A DNA stretch of 64,000 nt, from the NCBI GenBank assembly GCA_963835065.1, contig CAWIEK010000049.1:32001-96000 (forward strand), written 5' to 3'. The stretch comes from an uncultured Chthonomonadaceae bacterium. Lineage in GTDB: Bacteria > Armatimonadota > Chthonomonadetes > Chthonomonadales > Chthonomonadaceae. Position numbers and translations under genes: made by a program. The stretch's first letter is position 1; each line of letters opens with the position of its first letter. The notes beneath the pieces were generated by a model. The model made no database searches and was not told the DNA's origin. It saw only the letters and a list, made by a program, of their open reading frames with translations. Of the stretch, positions 29,777 to 39,902 are shown one piece after another.

Positions 29777-29899
29777 TTAAGACGGTGCTGGAAGGCACAA
29801 CGGTAATGTATATCCGGCGGCATACGCATAGCCGACGGCTTGCGCGTAAGCATAGCCGGTGCAGGCGAGATATGCGGTTGTGGCCGGTGTGGTGTTCAT
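29777..29899 (-). promoter_or_regulatory. Tyr/Ala-rich leader peptide ORF (40 aa) of a putative attenuator
   Basis: MNTTPATTAYLACTGYAYAQAVGYAYAAGYTLPLCLPAPS*, 6 Tyr and 10 Ala; purine-rich AAGCAAGAG before the ATG; its last codons are complementary to the terminator 5' arm. Confidence 0.78.
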
Positions 29900-30281
29900 G
29901 CTGCTCTTGCTTTTCAAAAGTTTGTCAAAAGTGATGATTACGTTGAAGCCGCTTGTAAAATGCGTTTACATCCTTTGCGCGCGTTCATATCCCTTGACAG
30001 CAGGTTGCCGCCCAAAGTTGCGTTGCCGCGAAAATTATTTCAGATGCGCTGACATTTTCCCATCCCGTCTTTGCTGCGTCAATGCTCTTCACGTTTTTCC
30101 TGCTTTCCGGGCGCGTACTCTGGTATAATGAACGAAAATCTCCATTTGCCATCAACAATACATCCTGAATACATCCTGCCGTTCGCGTAATTTCCTGCCG
30201 ACCTCGCGCCATACTGCCGAAAATAACAATGTTCCTCAATGCAACGCCTCCGCAGCCGACGCGCAAGGCGAGAAAACCCTG

Positions 30282-31844
30282 ATGAAAGAAGTACCCATGA
30301 ACAGGAACACTGTTGCGCCACTGGAGGCGCTGTTCCAAAAACGAAGCGAGATGGGAGAGCGCGTGATGGCTTTGGATTGGTCTCATACGCCTTTGGGACC
30401 GATAGAAGGCTGGCCGCAGAGCCTGCGCATGGCTGTCGGAATCTGCCTCAACAGCCGCTTTCCCATGTTCGTCTGGTGGGGACCCGAACTCATTAACATC
30501 CACAACGATGCGTATGCTCCCATTTTGGGACTGCGGCACCCGGCTGCGCTTGGTATGCCTGCGCGGGAAATCTGGGCCGAACTCTGGCCCGTGATTGGAG
30601 CCGAGGTAGACGCGGTGATTCGGCGCGGCGAGGCGGTGTCCCATGAACGGGTGCGCCTGGTGCTGGAGCGTAACGGCTACCCGGAGGAGACGTACTTTAC
30701 GTACTCGCATAGCCCTATCCCCGACGAGCAGGGTGGGATTGGCGGATTGTTCCAGGTTTGTACGGACGAAACCGCGCAGGTACTCGCCGAACGGGAGCGA
30801 GACCGCATGGCCGCGCAACGGCAACTGGCGCTGGACGCGGCGGATATGGGCTGGTGGCACTATGACCCGAACACCAGAGTCGCAGCCTGGGATGACCGTT
30901 ACAAGGAAATTTTTGGCGTCACGGGCTATCAGCGTCCGAATGATGAAATTCTCGCTCGTATTCACCCGGACGACCTGCCGGGCGTCTGGGCGAAAGTGGA
31001 GGCGGCGCTGAACCCGCTTGACCCCCAGCCTTATGCGACCGAGTACCGCATCTTCCGTGATGCGGGGAATGTGCGTTGGATTGAGGCGCGGGGAGTCGCC
31101 ATGTTTGAAGGCGAGGGCGCGGCGCGGCAGGCGACGAGTTTTGTGGGCACGGTAGCCGACATCACGGAACGCAAGCGCGCCGCAGACGCCTTGCTCGCGC
31201 GTTCGCAGGAGATTGCGAACCTCAATGCGCGACTCACGCGGGCGATGAAAGAAACGCATCACCGCGTCAAAAATAACCTGCAAGTGATTGCGGCCATGAT
31301 CGAAATGCAGGTGCTGGAACACCAAAACGATCAAACCGTTCCTATCGCGGAGTTTGTTCGGCTGAAAGCGCATGTGCATACGCTGGCGATTGTGCATGAC
31401 CTGCTGACCAAGAGCGTGAAGGAAGAGGAAGACGCGCAGCGAGTTTCGGCCAGAGCCGTATTGGAGAAATTGTTACCCATGCTGCAGCGCACCGCCTGGC
31501 AGCAGAATGTGCGCTACACGGTAGATGAGGCGTATCTCACTTCCAAGCAGTGTATTGCCCTGTCGCTCGTACTCAATGAATTGGTTTCCAATGCCTTGAA
31601 GCATGGCAGGAAGGAGGCAGAAGTGTTCTTTAAGGTGGACGGCCAAAACGCAAGCCTGTCCGTATCCGACGATGGGCTTGGCTTTCCCGATGGCTTTGAT
31701 CCGAACAAGGCCGCGAATACCGGGCTGGAACTTGTTGGCAGCCTCGTCCGCACCGACCTACAGGGAACCCTCGTCTACGGCAACCAACCGCAGGGCGGCG
31801 GGCAGGTCAGCGTCGTGTTTCCTTTGCCGCCGGACGAAGCATGA
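30282..31844 (+). CDS. PAS-domain sensor histidine kinase (HisKA_2 type)
   Basis: DWSHTPLGP PAS-like region, IHPDD, ETHHRVKNNLQ, NELVSNALKHG, DDGLG, GLELV. Confidence 0.92.
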   Translation: MKEVPMNRNTVAPLEALFQKRSEMGERVMALDWSHTPLGPIEGWPQSLRMAVGICLNSRFPMFVWWGPELINIHNDAYAPILGLRHPAALGMPAREIWAELWPVIGAEVDAVIRRGEAVSHERVRLVLERNGYPEETYFTYSHSPIPDEQGGIGGLFQVCTDETAQVLAERERDRMAAQRQLALDAADMGWWHYDPNTRVAAWDDRYKEIFGVTGYQRPNDEILARIHPDDLPGVWAKVEAALNPLDPQPYATEYRIFRDAGNVRWIEARGVAMFEGEGAARQATSFVGTVADITERKRAADALLARSQEIANLNARLTRAMKETHHRVKNNLQVIAAMIEMQVLEHQNDQTVPIAEFVRLKAHVHTLAIVHDLLTKSVKEEEDAQRVSARAVLEKLLPMLQRTAWQQNVRYTVDEAYLTSKQCIALSLVLNELVSNALKHGRKEAEVFFKVDGQNASLSVSDDGLGFPDGFDPNKAANTGLELVGSLVRTDLQGTLVYGNQPQGGGQVSVVFPLPPDEA

Positions 31845-31947
31845 GCGTCCAAGCCGTTGATGGTGGATAGTTCGCGCCGTCATGCCACAAGTTTCACCAA
31901 CCTACCATAAGTTTCACCGACATTAATCGCGCGCAAACCGATCCGAA

Positions 31948-31977
31948 AACCTCCCGCCGAAATTTCGGCGGGAGGTT
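31948..31977. terminator. Perfect 30-bp palindrome, likely bidirectional terminator
   Basis: aacctcccgccgaaatttcggcgggaggtt between convergent genes. Confidence 0.75.
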
Positions 31978-32018
31978 GTTCTTTACCGTATCAGGCGAAC
32001 AAAAGGGCCTGTACGCGG

Positions 32019-32459
32019 TTAATTGACCTTGTAAAAGGTCGAATAATGGTCGCCGGTGTAGTAGACTACGCCGTTTTTGCCGATGATAAGCCGCTGCGGG
32101 CCGGGAAAGGGAAAGCCGCTCATTACATGGACGAACTCGCGGTAGTATTGACTGTCGCTGGAATGGGGCAGATGGCCTTCGCTGTTGGTGAAAATGCCGC
32201 CATCGTCTTTTTCGTTCACTTTTTCTGCGGCGCGGATGCGGGTCAGCGTCGGATTCACGTCCATTTTGCCGGTGTAGATCACCTGTCCGAAGTTGACAAC
32301 CTTGACGTTCGGGAGTATGGGCACGGAACCATGCACGGCCCCGATTTGCGGCTGGCCGAAGTTGGCAACGTGGGTGTAGGACTGCGCGAAAGCAATGGTC
32401 AGCAGGCCAAAAAGCAGGGCGAGAACAACGAGCGGGAGCGAATAAAGACGTTTCTGCAT
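32019..32459 (-). CDS. Secreted guanyl-specific ribonuclease (barnase/RNase Sa family)
   Basis: Signal peptide AFA|Q, DGGIFTNSEGHLP, YYREF, GPQRLIIG, YYTGDHYSTF. Confidence 0.88.
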   Translation of the reverse strand: MQKRLYSLPLVVLALLFGLLTIAFAQSYTHVANFGQPQIGAVHGSVPILPNVKVVNFGQVIYTGKMDVNPTLTRIRAAEKVNEKDDGGIFTNSEGHLPHSSDSQYYREFVHVMSGFPFPGPQRLIIGKNGVVYYTGDHYSTFYKVN

Positions 32460-32539
32460 GGTGTTTTCTTTCTTGAGGCGGGTGTTGTACAGGCTTCGTC
32501 TATGAGATATATTGGCAGGGCACAGTGAGGCTGCAAGTA

Positions 32540-32968
32540 TCAGCAAAGGCATACCAGCTTGAATGGTCGGGCGTCCGGTGGCTCCTGCCAGCGTTCGGCG
32601 GCGTATCCGGCGATGCGGCATAGATCGGCGTACACAGCGGGTTGCGAAGCGCGAAACGTTTGCGCGGCGGTCAGAATGCAGACATAGCCATCGGCGGGCA
32701 GCCAACGCATATTGGAAAGACATTCGAGCGCCGCGTCCCAATTATGGCCGAAGTAGCCGGGAAACGCGAAAGCGTCTGCAAGCGCATTGAGTAAGTCAGC
32801 CTTGCCCGACAGGGTTTCGCCGTGTACGGCCCGCGCCGCGATTTGCTGCAAGGTCAACTGCGCGAGGAGCGCCGTTGTTTCCTCCTCTGACAACTCCGCT
32901 TCCAGAATGACGGGCGCTGTGAGATCGCGACATTGCTGAACCAGCATTTCGACGGTTTGTTTCGGCAT
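32540..32968 (-). CDS. Barstar-family ribonuclease inhibitor
   Basis: KADLLNALADAFAFPGYFGHNWDAALECL. Confidence 0.9.
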   Translation of the reverse strand: MPKQTVEMLVQQCRDLTAPVILEAELSEEETTALLAQLTLQQIAARAVHGETLSGKADLLNALADAFAFPGYFGHNWDAALECLSNMRWLPADGYVCILTAAQTFRASQPAVYADLCRIAGYAAERWQEPPDARPFKLVCLC

Positions 32969-33300
32969 GGCGGCACGGCCTTCCTGTTGGCTGTGGCAAA
33001 CTGCGCTGAGGTTGTTGCAGGACCATGACAGCCGCACCGGCAGCATACACAATTGATCAGCAAACTGCAACCTCGTAAGTGTACCAGTGCAGCGGATTCG
33101 GTGTCAACGTTCCGCGCATTAATTTTCTGTTAAGGTTCGGCACGAGAACTCCTTCCGGCAGGAACATCGGAACTGGATAAAAGCCTACCCGGAGGAAAAG
33201 GCTTGCGACATGAATTAGAAAAATGGGACAACTCGCCTGTGACTGATGTATACTGTAGAGAAATTGATGGAATTATGCGGTGTTGGAGAGGGGATGTAGA

Positions 33301-33582
33301 ATGACAATCTCGAACTATTTAGCGCGTGTAGATGAGCGGGGAGCATTGACGATTCCGAAAGAGGCGCAAGAAGCGCTAAATCTTCGTCAGGGTGAGGAAG
33401 TACGGATCAGTATTGACCGTACTCCGAGTACGTCCATTGCGCCGAACGAAAAGATGCTTTCCATTTTGCAGGATATTCGGGAGCGCCACAAGCACAGGCC
33501 CTATACGGATGCCTCCGATACCGACTGCCTACTGCGTGACGCCCGATCAGGAGCCATGTACAACAATGAGCGCGCCAAGTAA
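33301..33582 (+). CDS. AbrB/MazE-fold antitoxin (VapB-like)
   Basis: ARVDERGALTIPKEAQEALNLRQGEEV; overlaps the PIN gene. Confidence 0.85.
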   Translation: MTISNYLARVDERGALTIPKEAQEALNLRQGEEVRISIDRTPSTSIAPNEKMLSILQDIRERHKHRPYTDASDTDCLLRDARSGAMYNNERAK

Positions 33583-34054
33583 TCCACCGTCCCTGCCCGA
33601 CGCAGTAGTTGTTGATGCCAGCGTCGTTATTGCGATTTGCGCAAAGGAAGCCGGACGTGAGGCGATTGCTCTGGCAGAACTGAGCTATTACTCAAGTCAG
33701 GGTTATGAATTCTACGCGCCGGGCGTCGTAGTGTCTGAGGCGCTTTATGTTCTTTGTGGCAAAGAGCAAAATGGAACACTGTCGGCAGCCGACTATGCGC
33801 TTGCTATTCTGGAACTGGAAAGCCTTTCGACTGGTTTCTTGCCGCCACCGCAGGGAGAGGGAGCGCTGGTTGTCCGCTCTGCGGGGATACGAGCCGGATA
33901 CGGGTGCAGCCGCTCTGCCGACAGCATTTATATCGCGCTGGCGGAGGCGTTGACGCTGGAAAGACCAACGGTGTTATTGACATTCGATCAAGGAATTCCA
34001 AATCATGTGACCGCGAATGCGCCAACGGTTGTCGTGAAGGTTCTTACCGTTTAA
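33566..34054 (+). CDS. PIN-domain VapC toxin
   Basis: VVVDASVVI, APGVVVSE, ADSIYIALAE, LLTFD; ATG 33566. Confidence 0.88.
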   Translation: MSAPSNPPSLPDAVVVDASVVIAICAKEAGREAIALAELSYYSSQGYEFYAPGVVVSEALYVLCGKEQNGTLSAADYALAILELESLSTGFLPPPQGEGALVVRSAGIRAGYGCSRSADSIYIALAEALTLERPTVLLTFDQGIPNHVTANAPTVVVKVLTV

Positions 34055-34122
34055 TTTTCTGTGACCACAATCCAGCCGCTTTGCTATACTGGCAGCAACC
34101 TTACTTTGACAGGAAGAAGGCC

Positions 34123-34344
34123 ATGAACGCACATGAGGAAGCAAGGGAGCGTTTGCTCGACCTTGTGTTGGGCGCTGTAGCGCTTGATGAAATAGAGGCA
34201 GCACGGCAGGCGCTTCGGGATTGGATAAAAGCCTACCCGGAGGAGGAGGGGTTACGTGATGGCTTTGAGCAGTTGTCGCTAATGGAGGATGCCGCCCATG
34301 AGCAAGAGGCGCAACGCCGTCAGCAAAAAGAAAAAGCCGCTTGA
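34123..34344 (+). CDS. Hypothetical 73-aa helical protein
   Basis: AGGAAGAAGG SD before the ATG; MNAHEEARERLLDLVLG...WIKAYPEEEGL. Confidence 0.6.
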   Translation: MNAHEEARERLLDLVLGAVALDEIEAARQALRDWIKAYPEEEGLRDGFEQLSLMEDAAHEQEAQRRQQKEKAA

Positions 34345-34611
34345 AACTTTGGGCTGTACGCAAAGGGGGCATAGTTCACTCAGTAACATTTGGTATTATA
34401 ACCACCTGCTGCAACTTCATCTTCTACAGACTTTTTCATGGTACCCGGCAGCAATAGGTTCCATGTTGCCGCTTGTTTCTTTCGTCTGAAATTATTTTGC
34501 GATGTTTGACAAAAATGTTGTCCAGTCACTTGCATTGACGTTTTTGAATAGGGTATTCTTCAACTAAGGAAGTCGTGTTTTCATCCTGAGTTGGTGGAAG
34601 AAACCTTCAAA

Positions 34612-35169
34612 ATGCGTTTGTCAATACTAACAAGCACCATTCTAATGACCTTCTGCATTTTTCTGGTCATAATGCCTGCTCACGCGGATGAATTCAACTT
34701 CACCTATAGCTTTTTACCGGCTCCGGGAGCGCCAACGCCTGTTTCGGCAAGCGGCCTTTTGACGACTACTCCCCTGGATACATCAACGAACATCTTTACC
34801 ATTACGGGTATTAGCGGCACAAGGTTGTTTGAGGGCGTCACGCAAAATATCACCGGGCTTCTTCCGCCTGGCTCCTACGGCGATAACGACAACGTGCTGT
34901 TTCCTCAGAATCCGTTTTTGACCGGCAACGGCTTCTCCTATACTGTAGACGGGGTGGGTAACTCCGGTTCAGCCGTGAACGTGTTTTACGATGCGTTTCT
35001 GGGTGGCTACACAGAAAATGGCGATACCATCGGCGTAGGAACTTTCACTGTTACTCCCGCTGACGCCATTCCCAAATCACACTATAATTTCTTTGTTTTG
35101 ATTGGTTTAACCGCTGTAAGCCTGTTCTATCGCAGACGTACTGTTAAGCCTCAACATTTATGCGGTTAG
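34612..35169 (+). CDS. Secreted PEP-CTERM-like protein with a degenerate sorting motif
   Basis: Signal peptide AHA|D, FNFTY...ITGISG...DN.L.P domain, tail AIPKS + TM + RRR. Confidence 0.72.
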   Translation: MRLSILTSTILMTFCIFLVIMPAHADEFNFTYSFLPAPGAPTPVSASGLLTTTPLDTSTNIFTITGISGTRLFEGVTQNITGLLPPGSYGDNDNVLFPQNPFLTGNGFSYTVDGVGNSGSAVNVFYDAFLGGYTENGDTIGVGTFTVTPADAIPKSHYNFFVLIGLTAVSLFYRRRTVKPQHLCG

Positions 35170-35258
35170 AATACGTGAAATTCAATTCCTCTTTTTCGTT
35201 CGTTCGCGCTTAGGCGCCTTTCCGTGTGGTTAAGAGTTTGGAAAGGAACACTGCTGTT

Positions 35259-38200
35259 ATGCTCCGCCGTCTAGCCTTTCTCCTGTTTTTTCTGCTTGTC
35301 TGTATTTCTATCGGAAGCAGTCGTGCTTTCAGCTGGTCGTATCTGGTATCAATACAACGCCTACGGCAACTGGCGATTTCATCTTTCAAACTTTGAAGAT
35401 AGCATCGCTAATTTAGAAGCGGATGCTATTGCCAATTTTGAAGTCAATGTTACGGGAAGAACCGCAAGCGTCAACGTGACCATTTTGGGCAACTATGGAA
35501 TTCCCAATGGGGATGTCTTCATCAGGCTTGATGTAATTCTTGCCGGAACAAACGGCAATATAGTCGCTACTGAGACACTCTACGCGAATGCTGCAACTGC
35601 CAACACTGATCCAATCTACGCCATACTCGCAAATTCGCCCTATACTCCCGCTTCTGATCCCACCGCTCAGGCGGCTAAGGCTTGTGGAAACCCCAACGAT
35701 AATCCGGGAGGGTGTTCGGTCGGGGAGCCTATCAACGTTGGAACCGGCAATGTTTATGATGAGGTAACGGACTACGAAACGGCAGGTCCGAACAAACTCA
35801 ATTTCATTCGTTACTACAATAGTCGCTCCAATCCAAGCCCCTTTGCTCTGCCACTCGGACAAAATTGGCGTTCCAATTACGACCGCTACCTATGGGTAAT
35901 TTCCGGCACTGTAGTTGCTGCTGAACGTGCCGATGGTCAGGTTATCTACTTTACTTCTAACGGCAGTACATGGACAAGTGATAGTGATGTCGGCCTGAAA
36001 CTGACGCAGGCGGGAACAACCTGGCAACTGACGGATCGGGAAGATACTGTGGAGACTTACGCCACCGTACCCAATTCGACTGAGGCTGTTCTTACAGCGG
36101 TGCAGTCTCGCAATGGCTATACGCAGACGTTAAGCTACGACACCAACAGCCTGCTTACCACCGTTAAAGACTCCTATAACCGAACGATCAGTCTCGGAGT
36201 TCAGAACGGCCTGCTGCAGACGGTAACGACTCCCGATGGGCTTGTTCTTACCTACGGGTACGATGTGAGCGGGCAAATAACCGGCACTATGGATCGGCTG
36301 CGAACCGTAACTTATTCCACTGCGCCGCAGACTAGCTTGACGTACCTGTACGAGAATACGGGATTGCCGTATGCGATTACCGGCATTATTGACGAGAACG
36401 GCAATCGCTTTGCTTCCTGGACCTACGACCAGTACAGTCGCGGCCTCTCCAGCCAGTTTGGTGCGGGCGCGCTTCTGACAACAGTGGCCTATAACGACGC
36501 CGATGGCAGCCGGACTGTTACGAACGCTCTGGGGCAACCGGAAGTTTACAAGTTTACAACGTTGCAGGGCATTCCGAAAGTCACTGAAATTGACCGCGTG
36601 GCAACGGCAACGACTGCGGCGGCGGCAAAAACCTTTACTTATGATGGCAATGGCTATACGGCGAGTGAAAGTGACTGGAACGGCAACGTCACGGCGTATG
36701 TGAATGATGTTTTGGGCCGTCCGACAACGATTGTGGAGGCTTCCGGTACGAATACGGAGCGCACCACTACCATCAGTTACTTCCAGAACTATCATCTTCC
36801 CGCTCGGATTGTCGCGCCGCAGGTAACTACCGACTTTATGTATGATGCGTCCGGCAACTTGCTGACCAAGAAACTCACCGATACCACGACAACAGCGGTT
36901 CCGTACAGGACGAACGGGCAAACCCGAATTTGGAATTACACCTGGGCGAATGGCCTGCTGACGTCGGTGCAGAATCCGCGCACGGACGTTGCCGCTCTGA
37001 CCTCCTTCGGCTACGACGGCAGCGGCGCTCTTGTAAAGACAACGAACGCTCTCGGACAGACCGTACAGATCACTCGGCGTACGCCGGGAGGATTGCCCCT
37101 TACCATCAAGGACGCAAACGGCGTCACTACCCAGTTTACGTATGATGCGCACTCCGCCCGACCAGCAGCGTTGTCAACACCGCAGCAGGCAATCTCACGA
37201 CGCAATACGGGTATGATCCCGCCGGTAATCTGACCATCGTGATGCTGCCGGATGGCTCCGCCCTTGCGAACAGCTATGACATCGCCCATCGGCTGATAGG
37301 CGTGACTGACCTGCTGCGGCAGACGATTGCCTATACGCTGGATGCGGCAGGAAATCGAACACGGATCAATGTCGCGGATGCCGGAGGAATGGTACGGCGT
37401 CAGCATACAAGCAGTTTCGATGCGCTTGCTCGCGTGATGCAGGATACGGGAGGCGTCGGACAAAACACGCGATACGTTTACGACAATAACGGCAACCCAC
37501 TGACGATTACCGATCCGTTAAGTCACCCGCGCTCACAGGGGTTTGATGATCTCAACCGCCTGACACAGATTATTGATCCCGCGCATGGGAGTACGGGCGC
37601 GTCTTACGACTTGCAGGATCGTCCACAGAACGTGGCTGATCCGAACGGCGGAAGCACAACGTACATTTATGACGGCTTCGGGGATGTCATTGAGAAATCA
37701 AGTCCCGACAGTGGGGTTACGGTATACGTCTACGATTCCAACGGCAATTTGACGCAGAAAATGGACGCAACCGGGGCCGTCGCCAATTACGCTTATGATG
37801 CGCTTGACCGCGTGAAATCGGTGACGTATCCGGCGGATGCAAGCGAGAATGTCACGTATATCTACGACGCGGGTGGGCATGGCTTCGGAGTGGGCAGGCT
37901 GACAACCGTTGCAGACGCGGCGGGAACTCTCAACCGAGCGTATGATGAGCGCGGGAATGTGGTAAGCGAAACCCGTGTCAGTGGAACGACGACGCTGCGG
38001 ACGGTCTACATCTACGATGCTGTCAGCCGTATTGTCGGTATCGTCTATCCCTCCGGCCTGATGGTCGCTTACGCCCGCGATATAATGGGGCGGACTACGG
38101 CTATCACCGCCAATGCTCCCGGCATGGCCGCGCAAACGGTGGCTTCCAACATTTCTTACCAGCCTTTCGGTCCTGTCAACTCGCTTTTGTTCGGGAACGG

Positions 38201-39503
38201 CGTTACGGAAACACGCCATTATGACAGTGACTACCGCCTGACCCAAATTACCGCCATCGGTTCGCGCAACCTGCAAAACCTGAGCTATGGCTATGACGCG
38301 GCAGACAACGTACTCTCGATTACGGATGCCATCAATTCGGGTAACAGCCAGAATTTCGACTATGACGCGCTGAACCGTCTGACGGGCGCGAGAGGCAGTT
38401 ACGGAACTCTGTCGTACACGTATGACAGTGTCGGCAACCGCCTGACGCAATATGCCGGAAGAATAGCCACCACATACGCTTATGCGCCTAATAGCAACCG
38501 GCTGACAGCGATCACTTCGGGCGGCGTGACGCAAAGCGTCGGCTATACGGCGGCGGGCAACATCAGCGCGACGGGTTCCAGCCCGAACATCGGCTTGTCA
38601 TACAATCAGGCGGGAAGGCTTGCCGCCATAGCGTCAGGAACGAAGAAGGGCAACACGCAGTACGTCTATGATGCTTTTGGTCAGCGTCTTGCCAAAGTGA
38701 CGGCTGCGTGGGGCAAGACTCTTTACCAGTATGATCAGCAAGGCCACATGCTGGAAGAAACGGCCACTGCCAACAGCGCTGCTGGCGATTACATCTATCT
38801 CGACGATGGCCGTCTGATTGCCACCTTCTCTCCCGCCACCCGGAACCTTTCCTACATTCACAGTGACCGATTGGGTACGCCGCAACTGGCAACCAACAGC
38901 GCTCAAACCATCGTCTGGTCAACGGCTTACACGCCCTTCGGCCAAACGGGAACCGTAGCTGGCACGATCACGCAGAACCTACGCCTGCCCGGTCAGTATT
39001 CCGACTCGGAAACCGGCTGGAACCAGAACGGTTTCCGCGATTACGTGCCAACACTTGGAAGATACCTCGAAAGTGATCCTATTGGGCTAGTTGGTGGATT
39101 GAATACGTACGCATACGTCATCGATAACCCACTATGTAATATAGATCCGTATGGATTAGCTATTTTTGAGTGGGAAAAGATAAAACAAGTAGCTTCTAAA
39201 ATCAAAGATGTATATTCAGAGACAAAAGAAGCACGTGAGAAATGGGATACCATCAAGGACATCAAGGACAATATCGAGGACATCAAGGACAATATCGAGG
39301 ACATCAAACCTGTGGTAAGCGCGTTGAAGTGTATCAATGATGTGGACAGCCAAAAACCCCCTCCCACAGTTTCACCTGATGATCCAGAATATCAACGGTG
39401 GTTTCAAAGCCAATATGCTGCGCACTATAACGCGGGTGGAGCAGTCTTTCAGTATGCAACAAAAAAGTACGCAGACGTAGGAAAGTGGATTGGTGGATTT
39501 TAA
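35259..39503 (+). CDS. RHS/YD-repeat protein with signal peptide (frameshifts near 35330 and 37150)
   Basis: Signal MLRRLAFLLFFLLVCISIGSSRA from ATG 35259 in an adjacent frame; VGEPINVGTGN, FIRYYNS, YD repeats, core end RYLESDPIGLVGGLNTYAYV..NP...DPYGL, then a lower-GC tip of about 115 aa. Confidence 0.88.
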
Positions 39504-39590
39504 TAGTGAGTAATCACTACATCGAAAGTGATTTCTACTTCTTCAATCCTGCGGAACCTCTACTTACGGGTAAGACAAGACCTTATATTT

Positions 39591-39902
39591 TTATTCTTGA
39601 CTGCCGACGTCGGAAGGGAATATCTCGGAAACTTCACGTCCACCGTGCAGTACCCGCGCGATCTCTACAACGTCTTCCAACACGCGATAGTAGATGATAT
39701 AATCGCCAACCGGAAAACTTCGATATTCCGGGCCGATGTCCTCGCGCCTGCGTCCAATGCAGGGTAAGGCGTATAAATTGTCGTATTCCGCCGTGATTTC
39801 TCTCACGATGCGCTCGGCGGCAGATTGGCTGCGCTCGAAATAGTACGTCCAGATTTCAAGCACATCGGTGTCGGCGTCTCTAGCAACGCGCAGCCTTTTC
39901 AT
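39591..39902 (-). CDS. parE: ParE/RelE-family toxin
   Basis: ADTDVLEIWTY, PCIGRRREDI, RSFPVGDYIIYY, IARVLHGGR. Confidence 0.88.
   Translation of the reverse strand: MKRLRVARDADTDVLEIWTYYFERSQSAAERIVREITAEYDNLYALPCIGRRREDIGPEYRSFPVGDYIIYYRVLEDVVEIARVLHGGREVSEIFPSDVGSQE

Noticed and set aside
29549..30128. Tracked ORFs 29549-29758, 29749-29934, 29840-30052 and 29859-30128
   Set aside because: They run through or antisense to the tRNA, terminator and leader, and have no recognisable motifs.
31886..31922. Short direct repeat cca(c/t)aagtttcacc as an operator
   Set aside because: Only two copies, located between convergent gene ends where no promoter is expected.
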